A DNA stretch of 64,000 nucleotides from Octopus sinensis (Eukaryota), in contig NC_042999.1 of the NCBI RefSeq assembly GCF_006345805.1, positions 55,056,001-55,120,000 on the forward strand, in the 5' to 3' direction. A program made the translations under genes and the position numbers. Under the pieces are notes generated by a model. That model was not told the origin of the DNA and did no database searches. It saw only the letters and a list, made by a program, of their open reading frames with translations. Positions 13,293-25,505 of the stretch are shown here, one piece after another (within the stretch, counting starts at the first letter, position 1; every line of letters starts with the position of its first letter).

Positions 13293-14047
13293 GTTCCTGG
13301 ATCAAGATACTACTGTTTCAGAGCAGCACCAGTTGCAACTCTGAGGTTAATTCCGGAGATAGTAGAGAAAATGAAGTCTGTCATGGGTCGCAGGACAGAT
13401 GGACTAATTAAACTGCTTGTGGTTATTGTTTGGCCGGAAGCGGGACTAGTTTATGAGAAGGGTAGCTTTCCTCAAGCTGAAATGGGTCGAGAAGAAGCTA
13501 TTCCTGAAAGATCGGACAGGGGTGGCGAATGTCCATAACACCATCTTCATAATTTGCTGCTTGACAGTCGTATCTTGCCCCAATTCCCGTCTGACCAGAT
13601 CGGAGTGTCTGCTTTTGTTTCCCAAGGTAGGGAAGCAATCCTGTAGTCAGGAGGTCTTTCTGCCACCAACTCCCAAGGAAGGCGGCCCTGCACGCCATGA
13701 TTTTTGATGAACAAACATATTGTGTCACCTACAGACATTCTTAGATGGTGGACAGGTGTGGTATCCGTTCGTAAGGCTGGTTTTTGTTTTTCCGCAACAG
13801 GCATCTGGAATTTCCTTAATGCTTCTTTCCATTCGTGCAATATGTCCTGCAGTAGTTGCATTTAAGCAATATAGAGAACTAATGGTGGGAAGTAACAACG
13901 ACATTGTCTGGAGAACTCTGGATGTCGATGAGGGTTTTCGAGTTAGGGACAAATATGAATAACTTGCAGAAATCCGGTACGGCTAATGTACGTTTTAGAC
14001 ATTCGAATTTCACATTCCCGCTCATCAAAGATACAACCTCGATGATC
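13292..14047 (-). pseudogene. Unidentified decayed reading frame (about 250 codons, 6 stops)
   Basis: One minus frame reads DHRGCIFDERECEIRMSKTYISRTGFLQVIHICP*LENPHRHPEFSRQCRCYFPPLVLYIA*MQLLQDILHEWKEALRKFQ..GRLPWELVAERPPDYRIASLPWETKADTPIWSDGNWGKIRL..; non-repetitive and GC-richer than its flanks. Family not recognised. Confidence 0.35.
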
Positions 14048-14547
14048 TCATTAATAGCATCAATAATAATATTCATTTCACAATGGATTGACTAGAGTGT
14101 GTGTGTGTGTGTGTGTGTGTTTGTACATATATGTGTAAGCGTGTGGTTATGCTTAATATGTATGTTTTCGTATATGAGTGTTGTGTGCATGATTGTGCGT
14201 CAGGGCGTGTAAATGCGAAACAAATTAACTGTCGGTCGATGCACACTACACGAGAAGACAAAACATCGACACACACACACGCGCGCAGCAAGAGAAAGAG
14301 AGAGAGAGAGAGGAGAGAGGGAGAGAGAGAAGGAGAGACAGAGGAAAAGGAAAGAGAGAGAGAGAGAGGACGATAAACAACCACCAACCACTATTCTTTT
14401 CATTCACCTTTTCTTTCAGATCACTTCTCTCTTCTCCTGCTGTGCCTCTTTGTATTTCGCTTACGTCTAAACACACACACACACATACACACGCACACAC
14501 ACACGCACGCACACACGAACACGCACACACATACACACACACACACA

Positions 14548-14585
<38 letters not shown>

Positions 14586-14722
14586 TCCTGTGTAGAACGT
14601 GACTTACACATACGAGTCATTGAACAATATGTGGGCTGTAGGTCTCACTCGTCGTTACACCTGCCTCGTATGAAAGCAAATTTATTAATAAATTCTTCCT
14701 ACATAATTTAGTTTGTGCATGC

Positions 14723-14780
14723 TTGCCTCTATTGTGTGTGTATGTGTGTATGTATGTATGTATGTATGTATGTATGTATG

Positions 14781-14814
<34 letters not shown>

Positions 14815-14967
14815 CGTTTATGCATTATGTATGTATGTATGTCGTATGTATGTGTGTTATGTATTATGGCATGTATGTATAAATGTATATATGTATAAAT
14901 GCATGTATGTATGTATATATGTATGTATGTATGTATGTGTGTATATGTATGTATGCATGTATGTGTG

Positions 14968-14999
<32 letters not shown>

Positions 15000-15160
15000 T
15001 GTATGCATGCATGTATGTATGTATGTATGCATGTATGTATGTGTGTGTATGTATGTATGCATGTATGCATGTATGTATGAATGCATGTATGTATGTATAT
15101 ATGTATGTATGTGTGTGTGTATGTATGTATGTATGTATGTATGTATGTATGTATGTATGT
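14723..15160. repeat. (TATG)n-based compound microsatellite
   Basis: Direct sequence. Confidence 0.95.
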
Positions 15161-15699
15161 TCGTAGCTGATAAACTTCCCGTAGATTTAGAAGGATAGAA
15201 ACAGAATCTCTTTTGTAGCAGTCATAACTCTGCCAGCCCTTAAGGGATCGGTGGCCGGTATAAGTGCGTGAAACAGACAAGAAATATGTTTGACCAATTA
15301 CCAATCAATGCAGAGTCACGTGAGCCCAAAACAGAGACGCCCTTAAATGTGTAGCTCTCCTTCGGTGTGACTGCATAACCAGCGAGATAAAAATAACTTT
15401 GGTAGAAAAATGAAATCACTGGAACAATAGGAATGGCAGCCAAAGAATAGTTATAAAAAGTTGTAGAGCGAGGGTGGGTAAAATTGGAATTGGTTGAGAC
15501 ACTTAATAAATAGGAGATCCACTGAAAGAATTCAAAAGCCATTTGATATGTTAAATGGCTGAAGGAGGGGAGATACTTCAAGTTTTCATAATCCCAGAAC
15601 AAGAATGGCCACCGGCCAGTTACAGCATTTCCAAATGTCAACCAAGACTATGATAGGGGACAGTTTCTTAAGGCACCGTGCACAATATTTATGCATGTA

Positions 15700-15953
15700 T
15701 TAGGTTGGTGCATAATTATTGCGGCTTTTTTCATCAAAATTTTATTCAACAAAAACAATAACATGTAACAAAAAAAAAAAAATCGTAAAACGATTATTCT
15801 GGAGTATATTTACCATCTACTTCAATTACTGCTTCCCATTTGCTTGGCAGACGAAAAGACCACCATTTAAAGATGTTTTTGTTAAATATTGTTATTGTTT
15901 TTGTTGAATAAAATTTGTTGAAAAAAAGCCGCAATAATTATGCACCAACCCAA
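15700..15953 (-). mobile_element. Mariner deletion derivative (MITE-like) with both TIRs and TA TSD
   Basis: TA|ttaggttggtgcataattattgcggc ... gccgcaataattatgcaccaacccaa|TA; ~70-bp TIRs; interior encodes the transposase C-terminus LPSKWEAVIEVDGKYTPE* on the minus strand. Confidence 0.92.
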
Positions 15954-15999
15954 TATTTTGGTTGGTCGGTTGGTTGGTATATATTTTAAAAATTCTTTT

Positions 16000-16215
16000 T
16001 TCATGTTTCAGTCCGAAGGCTACGGCCATGCCATCACGTGATTGGCTTTTGGTGAATGAGGGAGTTTCTTGCCGTTATGTTGGTTCATCTGATATCTTGA
16101 GCAACAGAAAGGTCAAGGTGCCTATTGAAAACATCTACCTCCACTTAGGTTTTTTTGGCAATATATTAAATAGCTTTGGGCCTTTGAATCCCAATCAATT
16201 GTGATACCTGGTCCT
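16000..16215 (-). mobile_element. CR1-like LINE 3' end (same family as 28110-28470)
   Basis: LGFKGPKLFNILPK..PDEPT then the tail catggccgtagccttcggactgaaaca. Confidence 0.75.
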
Positions 16216-16390
16216 TACTCTAGACAGAATGGGTGGGACCTTACTGCATACAGACATACATTTATATATAGTACCAATGCCACATACTTATAGTGTGTGT
16301 GTTGTTCAATGCTTGTAACTGCGGTGTTTCGTTTAAAGGAGGTTTCTTTAAAGACGTATAGTGTTAAAAAACATGGTATACTTAAAAGTT

Positions 16391-16483
16391 AGGCGAAACG
16401 AAACTGCTTTGGAAGAGAAAGAGAACGAGAGATATCGATATTTCGCTCCTTTTGCTGCTCATCGGAGTAGTTTCGTTTCGCCT
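16391..16483 (-). ncRNA. Interrupted hammerhead-like motif inside a 19-bp inverted repeat
   Basis: Minus strand: CCGATGA-GC..GC-GAAA-TATCGATA-TC. Arms 16391-16409 and 16465-16483 pair only if a ~22-nt CT-rich stretch after the cleavage triplet is ignored. Confidence 0.4.
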
Positions 16484-16697
16484 GGCTTTCAAGTATACTG
16501 TGTTTGGTTTTCTAACACTATACGTCCCTAAAAAGACCTCCCCCAGGCGAAATATCCCCGCTAACAGCGTTCAACGGCACAAACACATTAAGTATGTGGC
16601 ATTGATAAAGCTTACATTATTGAGCGGCTTCTAACAGAAAATATGTATGTATGTATGCATGTATGTATGTATGTATGTATGTATGTATGTATGTATG

Positions 16698-16724
<27 letters not shown>

Positions 16725-16728
<4 letters not shown>

Positions 16729-16870
16729 CGGGAAGGTTTACGAAAATAAACAAAAGACGAAGGCAGGTGCAGTACAAACAAACAAATGTATTAGTATGGC
16801 GCTCAGGAATAGAAATAGGACAAGACTTTTACGTTTCGAGCCTACGCTCTTCGACAGAAAGATACACAGA
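16725..16870 (-). mobile_element. Short hammerhead-bearing element (PLE terminal-repeat-like), sister of the 200-bp family
   Basis: Motif 16826-16861 minus: CTTT-CTGTCGA-A-GAGC gtag GCTC-GAAA-CG-TA-AAAG. Flanked by (TATG)n and (TA)n; 3'-end fragments of the same family occur at ~18962-19007 and ~31121-31178. Confidence 0.7.
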
Positions 16871-16977
16871 AAAAAAAATGTATATATATATATATGTGCT
16901 ATTAAGTTAGACATGGCCTGGGCCAATAATGGCCGAACCTATCAAAGTATCAAAGTATCAAAGTATATATATCCTGC

Positions 16978-17036
<59 letters not shown>

Positions 17037-17461
17037 GGAATAAATCCAAACTTACAGGGAAAAATCAGATTTAGGATTGAATCCAATTTTATAGTAAAAT
17101 ATTATATTATATTAAATTAGAGATAAAACCACTATTAGGCAAATCATACAATGAAAAACTTAAGCCAATATATATATATATATCCTGCATTTATATTCGC
17201 CGGTACTCTCATTTATGTGTGCGTAGGTATGCGTGTGTCTTTAAATATTCATTATTTGTTTATTTATTGAACGAGGCTGCGAGCAAGCTCTATGAAAAGT
17301 ATGAATTGTCCACGTGACATTGTAATTATTTTTATAATTTGTTCCAAAACTATCCTGGGAAATACCGTTATCACCGGTAAATAAATTTATAACTCCTTGA
17401 TTTGTAACTAGTTTCGTAGCTGCCAACCCACGAAACGCTGTAACTTCTGTTAGTTACTTTA

Positions 17462-17510
<49 letters not shown>

Positions 17511-17707
17511 CACACACACACACATCTCACCTACATACCTATATCGATATATTACCTTTCACCTAATTTGTAACTTTAAGATTTAATTTCCGCCTTCGCA
17601 ATTAATCTTCCATTTATCCCTGATTTGGGCCAACGGCATGTGTGTTTGAGTGCTTATATGTCAGTTCGTTTATGTGTATATGTGTACGTGTGTATATGTG
17701 TATGCAT

Positions 17708-18020
17708 GTGAAAGCGCGTGGTTTCGTGGTTCGGGATATTCAGTTCGCGATCGAGGGGTTACGAGTTCGATTTCCAGCGGCGCGTTGTGTCCTTGAGCAA
17801 GACACTTTATTTCACGTTGCTCCAGTTCACTCAGCTGGCAAAAATGAGTAGTACCTATATTTTAAGGGGTCAGCCCTGTCGCACTTTCTGTCGCGCTGAA
17901 TCTCCCTGAGAAGTATGTGAAGGGGTACGCGTGGCACTTGCACTTCAATCTCACAAACAAGCTGATCCATTGATCGGATCAACTGGAACACTCGTCGTCG
18001 TAAGCGACGGAGGGCCAGTT
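17708..18020 (+). mobile_element. tRNA-derived SINE family C (CORE/Meta-like central domain)
   Basis: Head gtgaaagcgcgtgg..gagttcgatttcc, then gtgtccttgagcaagacactttatttcacgttgctccagttcactcagctggcaaaaatgag; other copies at 23721, ~46955 and 60430-60695. Confidence 0.82.
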
Positions 18021-18046
18021 ATTTGTGTATGTACGTATGCTTTTAT

Positions 18047-18154
<108 letters not shown>

Positions 18155-18218
18155 TTCAAAACGTGTTTGGGCGCTGCTGATTTCGCGTAATTGTGTATGT
18201 TAATATTTCTCCCTTTTA

Positions 18219-18390
18219 AAGGCAGCGAAATGGCAACATCGTTAGCACACCGGCCAGAATGCTTAGCACCATTTCGTCGATCTTCACGTTCTGAGTTCAA
18301 ATTCCGCTGAGGTCGACTTTGTCTTTTATTATTTCGAGGCAGATAAAGTAAGTACCAAAATCGCTGGCCTTGTGCTAAAATTTAAAACCA
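18219..18390 (+). mobile_element. SINE family A, decayed
   Basis: aaggcagcgaaatggcaacatcgttagc..gagttcaaattccgctgaggtcgac. Confidence 0.8.
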
Positions 18391-19006
18391 ATCTTTCTCT
18401 ATTTCCTCTATGGAATCCATAGTCTCCAGTTTGCTTGCACTATTTGACATTTTGAGCAAGTTCCTCCTGCTATATAACCTCGGGGTTTGTGAATAAAATT
18501 GGTAAATGAAAACTGTACCGAAGCCCTTCGTATGTGTGTGGCTGCCACATTTTACTTCGACAATGTTTGAACAAATAAAATGCGGCATGCAAGTTTATGT
18601 CCCGTAACTTAGAGATGCGACAAGAATGAGATCGTTAAAATATGGACCAGACGTTAAATAAATACTGGAGTCAGCACGACAAGTTAAAATACTTCAGATG
18701 AAGCCCCAGCATGGCCACAATCCATTCACTGAAACAAGTCGAAACCAAAAGAATAAATACTTTCGAGAGAACGGGGAATAATTCTTGTTTGGAATAATGG
18801 TTCTCGAAGCACTTCACATACAGCTATAAATAAACAGCATATAAATATTGGGTTGAGAAACCCTTTGGGATAGCAGACGTCGAAGGCTGTCCATGAGAAC
18901 GTACGTATGTATATATGTGTATATGCATGCATACATACATACATACATACATATATATGTATATTCCACCTGCCTTCGTCTTTTGTCTATTTTCATAAAG
19001 CTTCCC

Positions 19007-19042
<36 letters not shown>

Positions 19043-19044
19043 AT

Positions 19045-19089
<45 letters not shown>

Positions 19090-19124
19090 GATTATATATA
19101 CTTATTTAAAAGTTTTGTTAAAAA

Positions 19125-19162
19125 CTGTCCGACGAACGGGAACGTGAAACTCCGAGTAACAG
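19125..19162 (+). ncRNA. Minimal type-I hammerhead-like motif (U4C core) in a ~155-bp (TA)n-flanked element (19113-19266)
   Basis: CTGT-CCGACGA-ACG ggaa CGT-GAAA-CTCCGAG-TA-ACAG: stem I CTGT/ACAG, stem II ACG/CGT, near-palindromic stem III ACTC/GAGT, GUA triplet. Confidence 0.72.
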
Positions 19163-19291
19163 GTTTTGTTGAATTTCTGCTGCTTTTAAATAAAGCATAT
19201 TACTCTACCCATGGTATTTGAGTACTCTTTTTTACACCTTGTTTCACATTTATGTGTTTACTCCGGTATATATATATATATATATATATAT

Positions 19292-19569
19292 ACAATTGCA
19301 GCGTGGAAGGTGTTTATAAGCCATTTAAGAAACACACAAAATCCGTTAGATTCACTTCAATATTTAAATTTAATTTGTCAAAATATTTTCGTCGCTTTGA
19401 GACCGCGACTTGTTCAGACAAAATTCCGTACTGCAATTTTTTTCAGTGGACGGGTCGCAATCTCAAAGCGACGAAAATATTTTAGCAAATTAAATTTAAA
19501 TGATAAAGTGGATCTAACGGTTTTTCTGTTTCTTAAATGGCTTATAAACATCTTCCACGCTGCAATTGT
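19292..19569. mobile_element. Foldback MITE with ~120-bp inverted arms
   Basis: acaattgcagcgtggaag..gctttgagaccgcgac pairs with gtcgcaatctcaaagc..cttccacgctgcaattgt; preceded by (TA)n. Confidence 0.9.
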
Positions 19570-19646
19570 TTTCGTTCCAGCACACGATCTCAGATCAGGT
19601 CACTTGGTATGCAAGTACATCTCCGTAATATATATATATATACGTG

Positions 19647-19716
<70 letters not shown>

Positions 19717-19723
19717 TTATATA

Positions 19724-19767
<44 letters not shown>

Positions 19768-19972
19768 GTATATATATATATATATATATAAATATAAAGT
19801 GAGATAGGGGTTATGAGTGTAACCACTATGGGATATCATTTATCCAATATACTGCCAGTAAAGTACCCAGAAAGGCTAATACATAAATGCTAAGAATTGC
19901 AATGCAATTAATTCATTTATTTAATTATATGGGCGAAGGTAAAATGTTTTACCTTTATAATTGTACTTTATA

Positions 19973-20098
19973 ATCTCTGACGAGGCCTTGAGATATATAT
20001 ATAAGTAACTCATTTATAACTGTATATTACCTCAATACATCTGACTAATATGAGCATAATGAGATACTCTTATCTACAGGCTGAAACAGCTGTAAGAT
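19973..20098 (+). ncRNA. Type-I hammerhead with canonical core and long stem II, within a PLE terminal-repeat-like segment (~19795-20280)
   Basis: ATCT-CTGACGA-GGCCT..~90 nt..AGGCT-GAAA-CAGCTG-TA-AGAT: palindromic stem III ACAGCTGT, GUA triplet; stem II extends via AGATA/TATCT and CTCAT/ATGAG. Confidence 0.8.
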
Positions 20099-20617
20099 CC
20101 ATTTTATATTTATATATATTGTTCTTATGGTATTATCTTACTTATTGATGTGTACTGTTTTATTCTGCATTATTCTGTTTGATCTGGATGTTCCTAAATA
20201 ATTAGTTAATAAATTATATGAATTGGTATTATCTAGTAGCTGATGATTGATAGAAATCTATTCCTCCATTTTCTTGTTATATATATATATATATATATAT
20301 ATATGGGTGTGTGTGTGTGTGTGGTGTGTGTGTATTCTTATAGTCTTTTATTTGTTTCAGTCAAAATAAGAACCAGACATTAAAAGGAGTACTGAGGTCG
20401 ATATAGTCGACTGCGATGCCCCAGTATAGCCACCCTTCTGTGTTTGAAACAACAGAAAAAGTGAGATAGATTATATACATACATTACGTATGTAGACACA
20501 CACACGTGTGTGTGTGTGTGTGTATGCGTATGTGTGTACGTGTGTGTGTGTGTGTGTGTGTGTATGCGTATGTGTGTACGTGTGTGTGTAGTTTGTTTTC
20601 AACTGTATATAATTGGC

Positions 20618-21029
20618 TGTGTGGTAAGTAGCTTGCTTCCCAACCACATGGTTCCAGGTTCAGTCCCTCTGCGTCGCACCTTGGGGCAAGTGTCTTCTGC
20701 TATAGCGTGGGACCGACCAAAGCTTTGTGAGTGGATTTGGTAGACGGAAACTGAAAGAAGCCCATCGTATATGTGTGTGTGCGTGTGTGTGCAAGTGTGT
20801 GTGTGCATGTGTGTGTCTATTTGTGTGTCTGTGTTTGTCCCTCCACATTCGCTTGACAGCCGATGTTGGTGTGTTTACGTCCCCGTAATCTAGCGGTTCG
20901 GCAAAAGAGCGATAAAATAAGTACTAAGCTTACAAAGAACAAGTCCTGGGGTCGATTTGTTCGACTGAAGACAGTGCTCCAGCATGGTCGCAGTCAAGTG
21001 AATGAAACAAGTAAAAGAATAAAAGAATT
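20618..21029 (+). mobile_element. tRNA-derived SINE family B, near full length
   Basis: tggctgtgtggtaag (A-box), ggttcagtccc (B-box), internal microsatellite, tail ctccagcatggtcgcagtc..gaaacaagtaaaagaataaaagaat. Confidence 0.92.
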
Positions 21030-21061
21030 GTGGAATACTCTAACCTCTAAATCACGCGCCT

Positions 21062-21696
21062 TCACCACCACATACACATACATACATGCATGCATGTATA
21101 CACACACATACATGCATACATAAATACATACACACACATAGATGCATACATACACACGCATACATACGTACATACATACATACACACACATGCACACATA
21201 CACGCATACATACATACACACACACATACATACATACACACACACATACACACACATACATGCATACATAAATACATACACACACATACACACATACATG
21301 CATACATACATACATACACACACATACACACACATACATGCATGCATACATACACGCATATATACACTACATGCATGCATACATACACACACATACATGC
21401 ATGCATACATACACACATACACACACACAAACATGCATACATACATACACGCATACATACACATACGTACACTCACATACACACACATACACACATGCAC
21501 ACATACATGCATGCATACATACACACATACACACACACATACACACACATACATGCATGCATACATACACGCATATATACACACACATACATGCATGCAT
21601 ACATACACACATACACACACATACACTCACGTACACACACGTACATACCCAGATATGTTTATGCGTGTGTATGCGCGCGTGTGTGTGTGTGTGTGT
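21062..21696. repeat. (CATA)n/(CA)n compound microsatellite
   Basis: Direct sequence. Confidence 0.95.
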
Positions 21697-22159
21697 GACC
21701 GTTTGGTCTCAGATGGTATCCTATGTCCACCTGGGTCACTGAACTATTCTTTGCGCCATGCAATGGTTCCTTCCACACCTTTCTCTTTCTCATGGCTTCT
21801 CTTCACCAACCGGCAGATATTTTCGCCGGTTTCATTTTACCTGGCCCTCCTCACCCGACATTAAACATAATAGTTGCATTCATTGGTTTAATATCAAGAG
21901 AAGGGCGGAAGAGATCTCAATAAAAATTCAATGAAATTGATACACGTGTCCACCCCCGTCCCCTTCAAACCCTTAATCAATACCCTAAACCGGAATAAAT
22001 CACCTTTTTTTCTTCTTTCTTTCTTATCCCTCTTTATTTCTGGTCAGAAAGGTTATCGCTAACTTTCTTTTTTACTTATTATTTTTTCTTACCTTTTTTG
22101 TTTTTAGTTTTGCAAATTTTTTTCCTTCAATTTCCGTTTCCCACAATTTGTGTTGTTGT

Positions 22160-22500
22160 TGTTGTTGTTGTTGTTGTCGCTGTTGTTCCTTTCTTTTCAC
22201 CTTCTCCTCCTTCTTTCTTTTATCCTTCCTTTTTTCATTCCTTTGATTAGTCTTTCTTTCTTGTTGTCTTCTTCTTCTTGTCCTCCTCCTCGCCCTCGTT
22301 GTCATCGTCATGTCGCTGTCGTCGTCCTCCCTCATTCACCTCCTCCCCTTCCTCTTCCTCTTTCTTTTCCTCTGCCTCCTCCTCTGTCTTCGCCCCCTCC
22401 CCTCCTCTTCCTGCCTGTTCTGCCTACCCCTCCTCTGCCCCCCTCCTCTGCCTCTCCTCTTCCTCCTTCTCCTCCTTCTCTGCCTCCACCTCCTCTTCCT
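22160..22500. repeat. (TTG)n and CT-rich low-complexity tract
   Basis: Direct sequence. Confidence 0.9.
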
Positions 22501-22623
22501 TTTCTTTTCTTCTTGGCGTTTGGTCCCTGTTATTATATGTATATATATATTATATAATATATATATATATATATATATATTAGATATATATATATCTACC
22601 CTATATATATATATATATATATA

Positions 22624-22667
<44 letters not shown>

Positions 22668-22814
22668 ATAAACAGGGATCTACATTGAGAGAAAGACGGG
22701 ATGGACGCTTCATTTTTGTGCTGGTACCGCATGGTGTCGTACGCGACTGAGAGGATTTGCATCCCCAACGTAGAATTTTTGATGTAATACATGTCCTTGA
22801 AGTAGTAATTGTCC

Positions 22815-22892
22815 GCGGCTGAACAAGGCCATAGACACACATTATGCATTGTTATAAATCCGTCTAATAAAGGCTCGAAACATATGTACCGC
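22815..22892 (+). ncRNA. Degenerate hammerhead-like motif in a (TA)n-flanked element (~22670-22910)
   Basis: GCGG-CTGAACA..GGCTC-GAAA-CATATG-TA-CCGC: stem I GCGG/CCGC, palindromic stem III ACATATGT; G8 replaced by C. Confidence 0.6.
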
Positions 22893-22918
22893 TGAATCCT
22901 TGACATCATGTTTTTATT

Positions 22919-22956
<38 letters not shown>

Positions 22957-22987
22957 ATGTATAGGTGCAATGGCCGATATATGTATA

Positions 22988-23567
22988 TATTACAAATTTA
23001 GGATTTTACCAATAGAACGGTAACTCCTATTTCAGGACAACTATATTGTCTGGAATACACATAAAAAGTTATATCCAATATAGTAGTAAAATAATATAAA
23101 CATTTTAAAACATACTATAAAGTACAATAAACTTATTTTAAAAAACTTATTTAAAAAATATTTGAAAAAATATACATACCTTACCTGTTAGTAGTCTATA
23201 GGAAAATAAGATATTTTTAATCAATGCTACTCGTGTTTCTGCACTGGTGGTGTGTTTTCCAAGCTATACCTATTTCATAAATCCACCAGTGCGTCCTCAG
23301 GTTATTTATCTTATTGTTATTATTATTATTAACAAATCAAGGATAAAACTACATATTCTAATACATATTAAATAAAAAAAATAAGAATATAATTAAAAAC
23401 ATAATAAAAATATATAAATTACAACTATATTTTTAAAAATTAGGTTTTAAAATGCTTATATTATTTTATTATTATATAGTATACAACTTTCTATATGTAT
23501 TTCAGACAACAAGGTTGTCCTGAAATAGGAGTTGCGGTTCTATTGGTAAAATCCCAAATTTGTAATA
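22988..23567. mobile_element. AT-rich element with ~125-bp terminal inverted repeats
   Basis: 22988-23112 (tattacaaatttaggattttaccaatagaac..) is the reverse complement, with some mismatches, of 23442-23567. Confidence 0.8.
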
Positions 23568-23720
23568 ATATTATAAATGAAACTGTTTACATTGCATAAA
23601 TGTTTAAGGCGTTTTAGGAATCTATGCCCATTGTCTTACTTACAATAAAGACGTTCACAGCACTTGTAGCGTTAGGTAAAGTCTTGACTTGTGTGTGAAT
23701 GGACATGTACATGCATGTGT

Positions 23721-23862
23721 GTGAAGGTGCGTGGTTTCATGGTTTGGATATTTGGCTCGCGCTCGTAAGGATGTGGGTTCGATACCCAGTGTTGCGTTGT
23801 ATCCTTGAGCAAGACACTTCATTTCATGTTTCTCCAGTTCACTTAGCTGGCAAAAATGAGCT
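23721..23862 (+). mobile_element. SINE family C, 3'-truncated
   Basis: Homologous to 17708-17850. Confidence 0.82.
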
Positions 23863-23890
23863 GCACTTGTATTTGGTGGTGGTGGTAGTG

Positions 23891-23926
<36 letters not shown>

Positions 23927-24194
23927 ATAGTATTTTCTTTCTGCCTAAAAAACAAAAACAATAAAGCACTACCTGACATAAGATAAGTCAATTAAGTTTT
24001 AAAAGTCTGTGACTTCGAAATTTCGTCGAGGAATTCTTTTCAGTGTTTTATAAACCTTCCGTGATGTAACTTCGAAGTCACGATCAATGTTTTTCCATCA
24101 TATACTAACATACATACATATGCGCAAGCACACACACACACACATAAACATACACATACACACGCACACACACAGACACACACACACGCATATA

Positions 24195-24620
24195 TATATA
24201 AAGGAATACAAAAAATGGGACAAGAACGCAAAACATCCAGACAGATGATACAAAAAAGTGGACAAGAAAAAACAAGGACGGGTCATTCGAATTTTCTTTC
24301 CTCAGTCGAGTTCCAGATTATCTTTGCAATTTCGGTTGGTTATACTCGGGATTGGTCAAATCTGGTCAGCCACAAAGAAAAATTAAGCTAAGAGCACTAG
24401 ATTCCTTGGAAGAAAGCAGCAAGTATATACGAAAACAAGAATGGAAAAAATGGAGAAATGGTACACAAATACGAATGCAAATAACTGGACATTAACAACA
24501 GGTGTCTTTCGACTAAGGACGAATTAAATTAAGCTGGCGTGTGTGGAAGTGAAGCCTTACGGCAAGAACATAATAGATGATAGGCATGGGGAGAAATATA
24601 GATGTTGCAAGAAAGAAGGG
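24195..24620. repeat. Unclassified interspersed repeat, possibly PLE-related
   Basis: Begins at (TA)n with aaaaatgggacaagaacgca, also seen at ~31773 (aaaatgggacaaaaacgca). Confidence 0.35.
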
Positions 24621-25089
24621 TCAGGCTTGGCCGAACATCAGTCACGTGGAGGGAGAGGAGAGAGGTAGAGGGATCGACGTATTAGGGAGAGACGAGAAAA
24701 AAGAAAAGGGACAGAGTGAAGTGAAAGACGAGGGAAGGTGAGAATGAAGAGAAAGCCAGGAAATGTGAGAGAGGGGGAACGAAAAAAGAAGAGAGGGATG
24801 ATTACATCCAAGAAAACATTGGGTCTTTACCTTATGTCTTTGGGAAATAAAATTTCCCTAAATCAATAGGTATATATTAAGTATATAATCCGTATTAAAT
24901 TAAGGGAAGAAAGTGGAGAGTTAGTGGTTAATATTTATTTATTAATAAATTGATAATCATTTCTTCCTACGGCTGTTTACATTTGTACTCATTGAATAAA
25001 TTACAATTTTATGCATTAGATTTGCATTTATAAGTTATCATCATGGAAAAGTTAGACATCAAAACATCACATGTCGACCTCTCTGTTCA

Positions 25090-25200
25090 TTCCAGCAGAC
25101 TCTGTTGTGATCAGCCCGTACTTTTTTCAAGAATGCAGTGCAACAGTAACTGCTACCTCCGGCCGGCACACTGAAGTGTTGGAGGCCTTTCTGCGCCCCA
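25090..25200 (+). mobile_element. Tc1/mariner-superfamily transposase fragment
   Basis: Translates approximately VISPYFFQECSATVTATSGRHTEVLEAFLRP, resembling IGPYFFE..TVT..RY..ML..FL.P. Confidence 0.5.
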
Positions 25201-25473
25201 AATATTAACCACTAACTCTCCATTTCCTTCTCTTAATTTAATATATAATTATATAAGAGAACAGGAAGAAACCCTGCTCCACCATGTTGTAAAAATACGC
25301 CAAAAAACGTTATAAGACCACCTTTAGCTCCTGCAAAAATAAGGGTTATAGACGAACAAAAATTCCATAGGCAATTGCGTATTGGTCCAATTTCGAGATT
25401 AAAGAATGGTAGCCACTTGATATTATCACTTACGTGATTTTATCCCTGTTTATATATATATATGTATGTGTGT

Positions 25474-25504
<31 letters not shown>

Positions 25505-25505
<1 letters not shown>

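Noticed and set aside
15240-15641. 133-aa minus ORF in unique sequence (with CCAAT and GTCACGTGA motifs on the plus strand)
   Set aside because: No recognisable motif, random-looking composition, and no convincing splice sites.
24010-24340. Further hammerhead-like scraps (CTGAAAAG..GACGAAA, CTGAGGA..TCGAAT; also ~31870, ~37707, ~44225, ~51930)
   Set aside because: Core or stem I/III pairing is incomplete, so they were not counted.
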